Below, in pieces: positions 38,192 to 51,312 of a stretch of DNA of 64,000 nt. Both the position numbers and the translations under genes were made by a program. Positions within the stretch are counted from its first letter, which is position 1. Every line of letters starts with the position of its first letter. Location: assembly GCA_964187785.1 (NCBI GenBank), contig OZ076409.1, positions 12,774,001-12,838,000 on the forward strand, given 5' to 3'. The stretch comes from Amphiscolops sp. MND2022 (lineage: Eukaryota). Below the pieces are notes generated by a model that saw only the letters and a program-made list of their open reading frames with translations, was not told the DNA's origin and did no database searches.

Positions 38192-39095
38192 CCCAAAAAT
38201 GATGATATCAGGTTAGCTAACGACCGCTGGATAGAAACAGATCATTTCAGAGAACGAGAGCATGGTTCAATGGAAAATCACAATCCGATTATACCAAGCT
38301 TCACAATCGTGAGAATAAAATGCGTATTGTACTACCCAAAGCTATTCAGCCGAATTTTCAGTTGGCGCAACCTTCCGAAAAAGTGCACTCAGAGTCGTAA
38401 GAAACACGAAGACGGAAACCTTGTTCACTCAAATGTGCACAACCTTGAGGAACTGACGAAGAAAAACAGGGGAAAATCAATGTTGGAAATTAATATGAAA
38501 ATTGTGAAAATTGGAACATTTTCGATCCAAGATGGATCATCATCAGCAAAATTCTAAAAACCTATTTTAAAGTTATGAATAACAATCTTTTATTTCAGGT
38601 GTCAGCCTTGAGGAACTGACGGAAATAAACAGGAAAAAATCAATGTTGAACAATAAATTGAAAAATGTAAAAGTTGGAATGTTGTCGATGCAAGATGGAT
38701 CATAACAATCTTATTTTTCAGGTAGGTTTGATTTGAATTCAGTGTCAATTTCATCCCCTATTTTACAATGGTAGCAGGATGACAACGACTACCGCCTCAT
38801 TCAAAATCCCACCTATTTGAGGTGCAAGTCAACAGTTTCACTCATGGAAACACGAAGTTGGAGTGTGGGCATTGCTGACTGATTTACCGAAAGAGAAAAG
38901 AGGTTTAGCTGTGGCGCTATCCCTGACAACGCCGGCGTGAAGTAGCAATGGAGCTCAAGCCTGAGGTTCTTGGACCTGACACAGGGTTGACACTGCTACA
39001 CGCCAAGCTAGAAGCCGTTTTTGCCAAGCACTTCAATGAAATATCCTTTCAGAGACATCAGTTCGAGAAAATACAACGCACAGAATGTCATTTCC

Positions 39096-39420
39096 GGGGT
39101 GACAAAAATTGAGTCGAAAACTTTCGGTTGACTTTCAAACGATAAAATGGGGTCGAAATAACGGACTCAAAAAAATTATCGAATCCTCCCATCGAAATGT
39201 CGAAATTTGCGATCCATGTCGAAACAACTTCGATCGACATGAAATCTTTGACTTGGCGGGGAACATGAAACCTTCCAATTTGGAATTTATTGAGAGTATC
39301 AAACATGCCTCGGATATGTCCCCATTTGCTCTAGTGCCCCGCCCTTGGGGCCACTTATGTTCCCATCTTGCTCAGCGAGGTTAAACAGGAGCAAAGACAT
39401 AGCGGAAACGGAAACGGATT
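39096..39420 (-). mobile_element. MITE fragment (TCGA-rich end) carrying the family A core in reverse
   Basis: 39305-39415 is a diverged reverse complement of ~11470-11575. Confidence 0.65.
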
Positions 39421-39752
39421 ATCCGTACAAACTAGACCAGAGATCGAATTGGAACTAAGTCGTTTGAGCAGTACTTTCAAACAGTACTGTTGGTGACATT
39501 ATCTCCCTGAAGAAGTATCACGTACAGTGAAAAGTTACCCCAGTTCACTGAAGATACCGAATCCAGATGCTGTGAAAGAGTGGCGATTGCTTGTTTTCAC
39601 AGATGCATCTTTGGCAAACAACAAGCATTGTACCACCCAAACGGGATATTTAGTGTGCCTGGTCAATAAAATATCCGGACGGTTCTCGTATTACGTGTAA
39701 GTCGCACAAACTCCGTAGAATTGCACAGAGTACTTTAAACGCCAAAAGTATG

Positions 39753-41130
39753 CCCTAGATGAACTTGCTGGAAAGTTTTACATGTTCATTAAGGTTGCCA
39801 AGCACTTTTAGCATGACTTTTGGAGGTTCAAAGACAATCATTAAAGAAAAAAATTTTCTCTGATGCAATGATCTATCTTCAGGTTTTTATTAGGATTTCT
39901 ACACAATTTGGCGGGTTTTCGAAGCAACATCAAGAAAATCAAAGAAACAACTCCCGCGAAGTTTTTCATGTTTTCACGGGCAAAACCTCAACTTTTGTAA
40001 GTGCAGCCACTACAAAATGACGTTAACAAAACTGCCAGTGTAGCAAACAATTTAGTATCACTGGAAATTTTTTCTTATGAAAAAAAGTTTTTCTCCATCC
40101 AAACTGTTTAAAAACTCAAAATTTATCCTGTTCGGGTTTTTGAACACTGAAAAAACTGCTATCAAAGTTCTATGGAAAGTTTTTTAGGGGACTACTTTGA
40201 GAGTGTAATATCAGAAATCAGACATTTTGATTATGTGAAATTTCAAATTTTCCAAACATTTTGTTAGCCCTGGAAGTTGAAAAAAGTATATAGGAAACTA
40301 ACAATCGGGATAGTCAGGGAGTTTTGCGAGGTTTTTTAACCAATTTTTTGCAGGAAATTTTGGTAGTTTTTGCTGTTAAAAAACAACAAAACATTCGAAA
40401 TTGAAAAAGTCCTATTCGAAAATTTCAGTCAAATTTCTAGCAGTCTTACTTCATTTCTGGTATGTTAAGGCCTGAAATTCTTTATTCCTGTCTCCCAACC
40501 ACTTCATTTTGGTAAAATAAGGCCTAATTGAGCTGTACGCATTAATTTTAGCTGTTACTCCAGTGTTTAGACGTATCTTCATCAACTTCAGTCCTTATTC
40601 CAGAGTTTGAACCTTTTTTCTTTAGTTTTAGCATTATTTTGATAAAAACGAGCAAGCCCCGATCTGGATTTGTGAATGTGATGAACCGGATGAATTCACA
40701 AATGAACCCATTTCAATGAACAGATTTTTACATAAACAGATTCATGAAACAAATTTTCACTTTCAAAAAAGAGATGTTAGTTTCTTTAGAAGTATATATT
40801 TCAGTTCTGAACTAATTCAGTTTATTCTTTTTTTCGTATTTTTTGATTTTCTGTTTTCAGTGATAGCACTAAAAGTAGCATTCAGTGAGAAGAGCCAGCA
40901 ATTTTTATGAGTTTTTCATGTTGAACTTCTTCGAATATCGCTTACAGATTTTTCGAAGCTTGCAGGGACTTTTTTCAAAGCGCAGTGACTTGTTAGCAGG
41001 ATTTTCGAAGAGTCAGGAATGTTTTTCAAAGATTTTTCCCTGCGCGCAGTCTGAATTTTCTAGGTTTTTCAAAAATTACCCTGCATGCAGGCCTGCAGCA
41101 TGTAAAAAATCGCAGCAGTCTCAACTAGGG
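39753..41130. mobile_element. Non-autonomous EnSpm/CACTA-like DNA transposon inserted in the Copia RNase H
   Basis: Ends CCCTAGATGA.. and ..TCAACTAGGG with ~30-bp imperfect TIRs and a 2-bp TG TSD; removal restores S-M-A-C-L-D-G. Confidence 0.75.
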
Positions 41131-41699
41131 TGGCTTGTTTAGACGGCATGGATGCTGCTATATTATATTAGAACCTTCCTAGAAGATGTTATTGGGTCCG
41201 TTATACCTATCATTGCAGCGGTTACGGAAAATGTTTTCCTAATTGAGACTGTATTTTCCATGAAATCTGTACAAGACAAAACGGATAAGGATGGAATTGA
41301 GCTATTTCAAAAGCCTAGTTGATGAACGAAAGCTACATCTAATTGCCTGGGTGTCGTCAAACCATCAGTTGGCAGATTGTCCAACAAACCAAACAAAAAC
41401 AGCCTGTGAAAGTCTCACAAACTGCGTCAGAAACGGACATTTGGACGAAATTTTGGAGACATTCAAAGACAAACTGGAGACATAGATGAAGAAAAGTGCT
41501 AGTTTGATAGTTTTCGTGTTTATGGCCAAATTTTGAATCTACATTAACGTTTTCCAACCAGCAGAACGCTTAATTTTAAACGCCAATATATTTTTTTTAA
41601 TCCATGTGCATTTTTCACATGTATGATATTGCGTATTGTAAGACCCACGTCCCGTAGTGTCTCCGAAATCACAAGCGGATCATGAGTCCTTTTTTATAT

Positions 41700-42420
41700 T
41701 CTTAGTTTTCAACCCGGACGTTTTTCTCTGTTTTCCTGGCTATTAGGGGACATACTGGCCTCAGTGTCCCTGTTCCGTGAAGAAGACATCGAACTTACGA
41801 TGTTCTGAATCTCTGGAAGAACTCTTTCGGATATGGCGGTACTGATATCCCGTTTGTTTGATTGTGAACCATGGACATCATAGAGTCCATCTCTTTAGAC
41901 AGTCTAAGGTTAAATTCATTTGAAAAGGTCTCAAATGATTGTCTATTATCATTTTGTCTGAGTGGATCATTTTCATATGGAAAATAAGTAAAATCACTTC
42001 TTTGATGTATATTGTCCTCAATGTCTCCTTGGACTGAAGATTGTTCAAATGCGCTTGCTAATTCTTTTTCTGTAGGATTGTCTTTTCCAGTCCCTAACAT
42101 AATGTCTAAATTATCCAAATCGGACATCATGTCCATTCTCTTGATTTTCTAGCTTTCGCTTTCTGACTTCTTGTAGAAGGCATATGAGACTATTACAAGC
42201 GGTAAGATTCAATTATCTTGGGCTTGTAAACAAAACAATGATCGTTTGATACGCTGCAAAGATATAGGAATTGTCCTCCGGTCCGCGAGACCCTGCTATA
42301 TAGAGGACCATTTGCATGACTATCAGAAATATTATTGTCATGTTCTAAAAATAGTTAATAATCAATCTAAAAATAGCATCAACTATTTATAGACAACGTG
42401 ACGTAACGACCTATTGGCCA
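41700..42420 (-). mobile_element. Probable LTR-retrotransposon 5' fragment (gag N-terminus)
   Basis: Frameshifted ORF MPSTRSQKAKARKSRE/MDMMSDLDNLDIMLG...; upstream CA-AATGGTCCT PBS-like junction near 42312. Confidence 0.4.
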
Positions 42421-43519
42421 CTTCTAAGGCGATGTGTCGCCATTTCCATCTATTTTAACTAACGTCCGTAAAGGACAACTGCACCTTCATAAACAAAACT
42501 TCATTCATACAATATTTTCATGTTTAGCTAATTACATGTGTATTTCCGGCAAGAGTATCAGATCATAGCCCGCACGGCTTTCGAGGAAAATAGGGGGGAG
42601 GTGATTAGTAGTAGCACCTTTATTTGAAAGGACAAGTTGTACATGAATCTGTTCTTCAAAGTAAGTCTATTACTATTACCATCAATTAGTAATTCAATTT
42701 CGACTCAGTGTCCTTTTGCCTCAGCTAAAACTTTAATATTTGAACTTAGGCGGCATATGGCCATTATGTCCATTACTTGAAAGCACGATATTAAAGCACT
42801 CAGTTTAATGCTGCAACGTGATTGGATAAAATCCCATCCGGACTGCTTGTTCGCGGCGGCAGGAGAGGAAACATTCGAACTCGTTTCCTCTGCCTGTACG
42901 CCTTGTTGTCCAATTAAAGGCAACTCAATAAGTATTTACATGTGGGATATATCACTACAATCACATGTTTTAAAATTAGTAACGGGTTGAATTAGATGAA
43001 GGTTTTTACTTCATAGCTTCAAATATTGAAATGTCACATAAAAAAAACCTACAAATCACAAAACAAGTTTCAGTTTGTTGTCGCCTGGACAGCGTGTCCA
43101 TTCTTTCTTAATCAAGGGGGATCGTGCCAGGCAAAGTGTTGTAGTAGTAGTTGTAGGCTATTGAGTACCAGTTTCCATCGCACGCGGCCGCCTGCGACAC
43201 GTATTTTTCTGTTAATTGCTTCTGTTCAACAGCATTGTTAAGTGCTGACATAATTCTCTACCTCACGCCATTAATTATGCTTACAGTGTGGTTATACATA
43301 TGTAGTGTTAATACATGTGTTATTACATACATTGTGTGAATTTGTTAATACAGTGTGTGTTGTTGTTAATGGATAATCATTACGCAGTAAATTGGTCGCC
43401 AATCATACCTTCTGTTTTATTCTCGTCACAAACAAAAGAATAGTTTATGATTGTAAAGTTATGAACAACCATATTATATTTCAAGTGGGTTTGATTTGAA
43501 CTCAGTATTCATTTTATCA

Positions 43520-43865
43520 ACAGAATGGACATTCTGTGCGTTGTATTTTCTCGAATTGATAATAGCTTCAAAGGCTGCTATATCAATGGAGTGCTTGGCA
43601 AAAACGGCCTCTAGCTTAGCGAGTAGCTGTGTCAACCATGTTTCAGATCCGAGCACCTCATGCGTAAGCTCCATTGCTACTTCACGCCGGCGTTCTGTCA
43701 GGGATAGCGCCACAGCTAAACCTCTTTTCTTTTCCGATAAATCAGTCAGCAGTGCCCACACTCCAATTTCCTGTTTCCTTTAGTGAAACGGTTGAATTGC
43801 ACCCCAAATAGGTGGGATTTTGAAAAAAGCGGTAATCGTTGTCATCCTGCTACCATTGTAAAAAA
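43520..43865 (-). pseudogene. Copia gag fragment (further copy at 45602-45860)
   Basis: WALLTDLSEKKRGLAVALSLTERRREVAMEL, homologous to 38760-39090. Confidence 0.75.
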
Positions 43866-46800
43866 GTTATTTTATCCATGAGTTATGTATATATTGCTCA
43901 AAAATTTTGATATTGAACCCACAAAGCAATGAACTGTAGTTGCGCACTCTCTGCCTGTCATAGACTCGGTACTCAAAGATAATCTTTGAAAAAGAGCGTT
44001 CGGTGAAAATGAACCTGTCAAAGCGAGCTCCTGATTTGAAAGCTCATAATGTTTGAATAAAATACCCACAGATGATGATATCAGTTTAGCTTATCATCGA
44101 TTGTCTCAGGGAACGAGAGGAGGATTCAATGGAAAAATACAATCCGATCATACCAAGCTTCACAATCTTGAGAATAAAATGACTATTGTACTACCCAAAG
44201 CTATTCAGCCGAATTTTCATTTGGAGCAACCTTCCGAAAAAGTGCACTCAGAGGCGTAAATAACACGAAGACGGAAACCTTGTTCATTCAAATGTGCACA
44301 ACTTGACGATCTGACGAAGAAAAAAAGGGAAAATTAATATTGGCATTTAATATAGAAATTGTGAAAATTGGAACGTTTTCGATCCAAGATGGATCATCAT
44401 CAGCATAATTCTAAAAACCTATTTTAAAGTTATGAATAACAATCTTTTATTTCAGGTGTCAGCCTTGAGGAACTGACGAAGAATAAACAGGAAAAAATCA
44501 ATGTTGAACATTAATTTGAAAAATACAAAAGTTGGAATGTTGTCGATGCAAGATGGATCATCTTCAGCAAAACTCTAAAAATATATAGTACCGTTAAACG
44601 GAAGGAACGTTAACGAAAAAGGAAAACAAGCTAAGGAAAGAACATTAGACAGACAACACTATATTATTGTGAGGGGATAGCTCACAGCCTACCATACCAT
44701 AGGTGTGAATGACTTATACAAGCAAAAGTAGTTTTCTGGAATTTCACATCTTTGAGAAAAAAACGACAGGTTCATTTGAAGCTGAAATCACGCCAAGTTC
44801 TTGCTACTTCTATAGGAACTGCTTTTGATTTCTTTCCAGATGAATTTTCATTCGATTTTTGAATACATGTAGGTCCAGACTTGTATCGCGCAAATGTAGC
44901 GGTAGTGAGTTCCACTTCAGTGAAGTACAATGAAAGAACGCTGAGGAAGTAGTTGAAACAGATGAAAATTTACCCATTGAAATAACTTTATATGCACGGG
45001 AATTACATCAATTTGTTGTCGTAGGTAACTTCAACTGGTGTTGGACAGCTTTTTATAGATTAATATTCTACTTAAAGAAGTAAATTTAAAAATTTGAACA
45101 TAATCATGTGACGCGTACTAGTTATACCCTTTCTTCTCAATTCAAAAGATTACTGGATATTTGAACAAAAAAAAGGTTTTTCTATGCCACTTTCATGTTT
45201 TACTTGGTGAAAGCCTTAAGAAACTCTTTTGAAGAAAAACAACAGAGAGTAATCCAGGTGACTCATTACAAGTGCGAGGAAAAGAACGAGAAGAACTCCT
45301 GTTGGGAACACGTGCTATACAGTTCCAACAGGTTTATTATCGACAACCACATTTTTAGCACCTTTTTAAATTGCGGTTGGAATCCAATGTGTTTTCAATT
45401 GTTACACATAAGTATTTGAAATGTTCCAACTTCTTCATTATGGTGGAGCCTACATTAACTGTCTCTAAATAGTTGAGGCATTTATCAATTTCGAGGGACA
45501 ATGTAATGAATTATGTTTTACTTCCATTCAAACCTGATTTTTTTTCGGACAAAAATGTTTCTCCACTTTATGTATATTGTCCTGTTATACTTCAACAGCA
45601 ACCTCTAGCTTAGCGAGTAGCTGTGTCAACCATGTTTCAGATCCGAGCACCTCATGCGTAAGCTCCATTGCTACTTCACGCCGGCGCTCTGTCAGGGATA
45701 GCGCCACAGCTAAACCTCTTTTCTTTTTCGATAAATCAGTCAGCAGTGCCCACACTCCAATTTCCTGTTTCCTTTAGTGAAACGGTTGACTTGCACCCCA
45801 AATAGGTGGGATTTTGAAAGAGGCGGTAATCGTTGTCATCCTGCTACCATTGTAAAAAATTTATTTTATCCATGAGGTATGTATATATTGCTCAAAAATT
45901 TTGATATTGAACCCACAAAGCAATGAACTGTAGTTGCGCACTCTCTTCCTGTCATAGACTCGGTACTCAAAGATAATCTTTGAAAAAGAGCGTTCGATGA
46001 AAATGAGCCTGTCAAAGCGAGCTCCTGATTTGAAAGCTCATAATTTTTGAATAAAATACCCACAGATGATGATATCAGTTTAGCTTATCATCGATTGTCT
46101 CAGGGAACGAGAGGAGGATTCAATGGAAAAATACAATCCGATCATACCAAGCTTCACAATCTTGAGAATAAAATGACTATTGAACTACCCAAAGCTATTC
46201 AGCCGAACTTTCATTTGGAGCAACCTTCCGAAAAAGTGCACTCAGAGGCGTAAATAACACGAAGACGTGAACCTTGTTCACTCAATTGTGCACAACTTGA
46301 CGATCTGACGAAGAAAAAGAAGGGAAAATTAATATTGGCCATTAATATAGAAATTGTGAAAATTGGAACGTTTTCGATCCAAGATGGATCATCATCAGCA
46401 AAAATCTAAAAACCTATTTTAAAGTTATGAAAAACAATCTTTTATTCAGGTGTCAGCCTTGAGGAACTGACGGAGAATAAACAGGAAAAAATCAATGTTG
46501 AACATTAAATTGAAAAATACAATATTGGAATGTTGTCGATGCAAGATGGATCATCTTCAGCAAAACTCTAAAAATATATAGTACCGTTAAACGGAAGGAA
46601 CGTAAACGAAAAAGGAAAACAATCTAAGGAAAGAACATTAGACAGACAACACTATATTATTGTGAGGGGATAGCTCACAGCCTACCATACCATAAGTGTG
46701 AATGACTTAGACAAGCAAAAGTAGTTTTCTGGAATTTCACATCTTTGAGAAAAAAACGACAGGTTCATTTGAAGCGGAAATCACGCCAAGTACTTGCTAC

Positions 46801-47597
46801 TTCTATAGGAACTGCTTTTGATTTCTTTCCAGATGAATTTTCATTCGATTTTTGAGTATATGTAGGTCCAGACTTGTATCGCGCAAATGTAGCGGTAGTG
46901 AGTTCCACTTCAGTGAAGTACAATGAAAGAACGCTGAGGAAGTAGTTGAAACAGATGAAAATTTACCCATTGAAAACACTTTATATGCACGGGAATTACA
47001 TCAATTTGTTGTCGCAGGTAACTTCAACCGGTGTTGGACAGCTTTTTATACATTAATATTCTACATAAAGAAGTAAATTAAAAACTTGAACATAATCATG
47101 TGACGCGTACTAGTTATACCCTTTCTTCTCAATTCAAAAGATGACTGGATATTTGAACAAAAAAACAGGTTTTTCTATGCCACTTTCATGTTTTATTTGG
47201 TGAAAGCCCTAAGAAACTCTTTTGAAGAAAAACAACAGAGAGTAATCCAGGTGACTCATTACAAGTGCGTGGAAAAGCACGAGAAGAACTCCTGTTGGGA
47301 ACATGTGCTATACAGTTCCAACAGGTTTATTATTCACAACCACATTTTGAGCACCTTTTTAAATTGCGGTTGGAATCCAATGTGTTTTCAATTGTTACAC
47401 ATAAGTATTTGAAATGTTCCAACTTCTTCATTATGGTGGAGCCTACATTAACTGTCTCTAAATAGTTGAGGCATTTATCAATTTTGAGGGACAATGAAAT
47501 GAATTATGTGTTACTTCCATTCAAACCTGATTTTTTTTCGGACAAAAATGTTTCTCCAACATATGTATATTGTCCTGTTATACTTCAACAGCAACCT
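43608..47597 (+). repeat. ~2-kb tandem duplication (unit ~1994 bp)
   Basis: Paired ORFs 43872/45866, 44053/46047, 45195/47188; junction CAGCAACCT|CTAGC near 45602. Confidence 0.92.
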
Positions 47598-49550
47598 TCG
47601 GTTTTTTTTATCGCTATAAAAAATTAAACAATCGTCAGCGTACTGTAACATATAGCAGTTTTGCGCACAACTTCTGGGAGATCACTCACATACAAATTGA
47701 AAAACGACGGTCCTTATTTCAGTTCAACCCATTCAGATAAAACATCTTTTACAGACACTTGTTGCAATCGACCAGGCAAAACACTGCCTACGACTTGTAA
47801 TGCAGATGGGCAAAATTGTAACGATTGAAGTTTTGTGAGAAAAATTTGGCTTTGAAAGTGAGTCGAATGCTTTTGATAGATCAAGTAAGACTGCATATAC
47901 ATTGGTTCCCATTTCAATCTCGTGTTGGATTTTTTCAATAGAAACGAAATAGCATCTCGCGCAGATTGGAATTGGGAGATAATTCATGGGTCCAAGATCT
48001 CATTTTTTGTAAAAATTGGGGTTTCTTCTTCCCTATTTAGCATTGCGGTTAACTGACATTTCTTAATGCATTCATTCAAAACGAAAATCAGATGAGGGAC
48101 TAAAATTTGTTGACCTTCAGAAAATGCCCATGCACGTACTTTGTAACGACCAGTTGGTTTGTGAGGATTTGTTTGTTTCAAAATTTCACAAAAATCTGTT
48201 TCTGCCAATAGGCAGAAGCGGAACGACTAGTCACAGGCCTTAGATAAAGGAGCACTCTCATAAGCTCTACCAAAATATTGACCAAGTTTTGAAAATTGAG
48301 GATGAAATTTTTCGCAATTTTCTTATCATAGACAATCAAGTCTCAAGAAAAAACTTCACAGCTGTAATTTAACAGTTTGATTTTAACCCCTCTCGTTGTT
48401 AACAAAGTTCCAGTGGTCTTTTGGTGATCTAGGAGAGATAAAACATTTCCAATAAATCTTTTCTGGTTTTTTTTCACGACAGAGGATAATTTCGATCGTA
48501 GTTTTTTATAAGCAGACCAATTTCCGGGTATTGAACTCTTGGAGTTTTTTTTATAGCCCAGCTGCAAGTTTGAAGGTTGCAGGTTTTTTCAATCCTCGTC
48601 AAACCAAGTATCTTTGAAAATTTTCGGAGTTTTTTTCTTCAAGAAGACTTTTTATGAAAAGAGCATGCTTTTCCAGGGCACTTGATAGGAGATAAACAAC
48701 CATATTGAACATATCATTAGCACTTGAGCTTTGTTAGATTATGGACCATGGAATATCTGAAAATATTTAACAAAAAGCATCCTCTAGGTTTTTTGTCTTA
48801 TCGATTCTGGGTAGCTTGTGTTTACCCGAATCTACTTCTGTGAACGAAACAGAACAGAAGTGATCAGTTTTGAAGTGAGTGTCAGAAACAAAACTGTTTT
48901 CATCATCAATATTTTCAGCTAGGATGTAATCAATGTGGGTTTTTGAGGACTTGCATATTCAGGTTGGCAAACACGGGTAGGCAACTGTAAACACATACGC
49001 TAACACTACTGCGTTGCGTCCAGAGTTTGGTTCAAGCGGAGTGAGGTAATCCAAGTAATAGTCACCAATAAGCGTTAATCCTATTGAAGATTCACAAAAT
49101 GAACTATCAATGTTTGTAATTAAATGTTCGAAGAAGTCAATTTGATATTTCATCAAGGGATTGTAAATTATAATCGAAAGTAGTTTAGACTTGCGGTTTT
49201 CGAAAAAATGTACAAAAAGCAACACTCCTCCGCCCTTCTTCTTACAGTAAAATGAACGTCTGTCGCATCTAAAAAGTTTGTGAGTTTTCGAAACTCAATT
49301 CCATGAAGACATTTTATCGATAGCGTTTTTGCCCATGTCGAATACTTTTTTCCACGGAGTACTTTTTCAGACTTTTTATAGCACAATTACGTATTTCAGC
49401 GTCCCATTTTTGGAGCTTTCACAGATTTTCAAAAACCAAATTTTCATCATTATCCTCGAATAAAAGTATTTTTCACACTGCGAACACTAGCTCTTTTCCT
49501 CAAATCACGTGTTACTTCAGCACGAAGGTATCTAAGATCGTCATTGACAA
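46570..49550 (-). mobile_element. Decayed CR1/L2-like LINE (EN + RT remnants); its 3' part is duplicated at 44590-45600
   Basis: IIIYNP, LIGDY, KTHIDYI, KTDHF, LLDLSKAFD, RLQQVSV, PSFFNLYVSD, YAD; many stops and frameshifts. Confidence 0.8.
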
Positions 49551-49719
49551 AGAAGGTATTCGTGTCTAACGGAACAAATTATATACCAACGGAACAAGAT
49601 TTTTTCCGTTACCTTCTGATCTTTGTGTTTCAGTTCATTATATTCTCACAGGTTTAGTATTGTCCTGTTCAGACATTTATTGAAGCCTAATTGTTGTGAT
49701 TGTCTTGTTGACTAGGTTC

Positions 49720-50700
49720 AGAAATGACAACTCCATATTTCCTCGCATCCCACAGTATACACTTAACCAATCAAGCAGACACCCTATTTCGACAACTCCG
49801 TCGAAAAAGGTCTCTTTCTGCGTGACTTGAGCTCGAAGAAATCATTTCTCTTGACGAATGCATTGAAATGGACAAGCTAATGCTGGTTGAAAAATTCATT
49901 CTCAACAATCCGAAAGACTGTAATAGATTTTTCAGACCCTTCGAAAATCTATGACATACCCAACAAATTGAATATTTAGAAACAAATTGCTATCAAGTGA
50001 TGGTTGTAAAGTCGAAGCTCTCACTTTTCAACCATCGCAGTCAGTTTTGAAACCATGTCAGAAGTCACTTTGGAAATCATCCTGACTGAATCTTGCAAAA
50101 TACTTCTTGATGACTTCACTTTCACTGTTAGTGATGTGGAACTTCTTTCGCGAAATAGTGATGAATCATTATCTACTGGTCCTGAGCTGATGTTCTCATA
50201 ACATGCTCTATCATTTTAGCACCAGCTGTATTCTCTCTCTTTCAATAATTTAAAAGTAGTGGTATTTGGCGTACGAAATGAACACTCTTTTCTAAGGCTC
50301 TTCACAAACCCGGTAGGACTAATGACGTTAAAAACTACCGTCCAATTAAATTCTTGTGCAAAGTGTAACTGCTTTTCGAGCGCCTCCTCTTGACTTTCAT
50401 TTACCCAAAAGTGAAGAGTTAAGTCGCATCTGGACAACATTGATTTGGAAACATCGTAGAACATCTTCACAACTAGTACGTTACACCCAACTTCTCTACA
50501 ATCTTTTGGAAAAAAAACGTATAACCGTCTATTTTGATATCATGAAAGCTTTTGAATCATTGTTTCACGATCTTTTTCTAGAAAAACTGAGAGCGTTTGT
50601 TTTCGATGAAAAATTCCTGGTGTTTTTAGTCGGTGTTTTCAAAGAAAATCCCGACTCTTACAGTGGCTAGTTTTTTATTTTTCGTCGGTTCAACGCGATC
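49720..50700 (+). mobile_element. Decayed LINE RT fragment
   Basis: STGPE, NDVKNYRPI, LFERLL, VYFDIMKAFES..HDLFLEKL. Confidence 0.75.
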
Positions 50701-50787
50701 GTCCACTTTTTTGTTCATTTGTTCAACATCTTACTTAGCCGAGGTAAACCCGGATAATACTTCGAATATTTTGTTTCCCATGGTTCA

Positions 50788-50862
50788 AAGTTTGGATATA
50801 ACGTTTTCAAAGTTCGGATGTTCGGATATAACGTTTTCAAAGTTCCGACATAACCTACCTTT
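50788..50862 (+). repeat. Short tandem repeat GGATATAACGTTTTCAAAGTTC
   Basis: Two near-perfect copies and one degenerate copy. Confidence 0.7.
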
Positions 50863-51032
50863 TCATTGTTGGGATGTTGGAAAATCACAAAGGGCTCCTT
50901 TCATTTTTTCGGCATTGTGAGACTTTTTTCGAAAAATAGAAAATTTTTTTTCTACCACCGCTGAAACACTGAAATGATTGTTATGATTGTTTAATGGCTG
51001 TTATGATTGTTTATTGACTTCTGTTGTCTTGT

Positions 51033-51312
51033 AGTAGTTCGTTCAGGGGCCAATGAGCCCAAGCACGCCAGAACGAACTACTTGGGTGTGGCAGACCCGA
51101 CTGACCGACTGGTGGTTGTTCTACTAATCTTTGTGGGTGTAGCAGTCGTCACCCTAGGAAGCAACGTCCTTCCTAGACCAAGCACGGCTGGTCCCTCTGA
51201 GAATTTTTAGAGCTCGGGTGGCACCGTTTTGCGTCCCAACTTTATGCGCAGGGGGTCCGCATACTGTTTGGACGCAAAATGCTGTCACTTTATATGCTCG
51301 GGTGACCCCTCT
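51033..51312 (+). ncRNA. Putative structured RNA/ssDNA element of unknown family
   Basis: Seven or more adjacent or nested stems (details in findings); G-U pairs favour the + strand. Confidence 0.45.

Larger units (their letters stand above)
38760..41485 (+). mobile_element. Decayed Ty1/Copia remnant (gag and RNase H pieces) with nested DNA elements
   Basis: Gag: WKHEVGVWALLTDLPKEKRGLAVALSL. RNase H: VFTDASLAN..TQTGY, KSHKLRRIAQSTLNA|ACLDGMDAA, VQDKRIRMEL, WVSSNHQLADC. Confidence 0.8.

Noticed and set aside
43236..43420. TG-rich stretch that might be a solo LTR
   Set aside because: No second copy, TSD or convincing boundaries in the window.
51033..51312. Assignment of the structured element to hammerhead or twister ribozyme, Sm snRNA or telomerase RNA
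   Set aside because: No complete CUGANGA/GAAA core, twister consensus, canonical Sm site or CUAACCCU template was found by eye; left unassigned.
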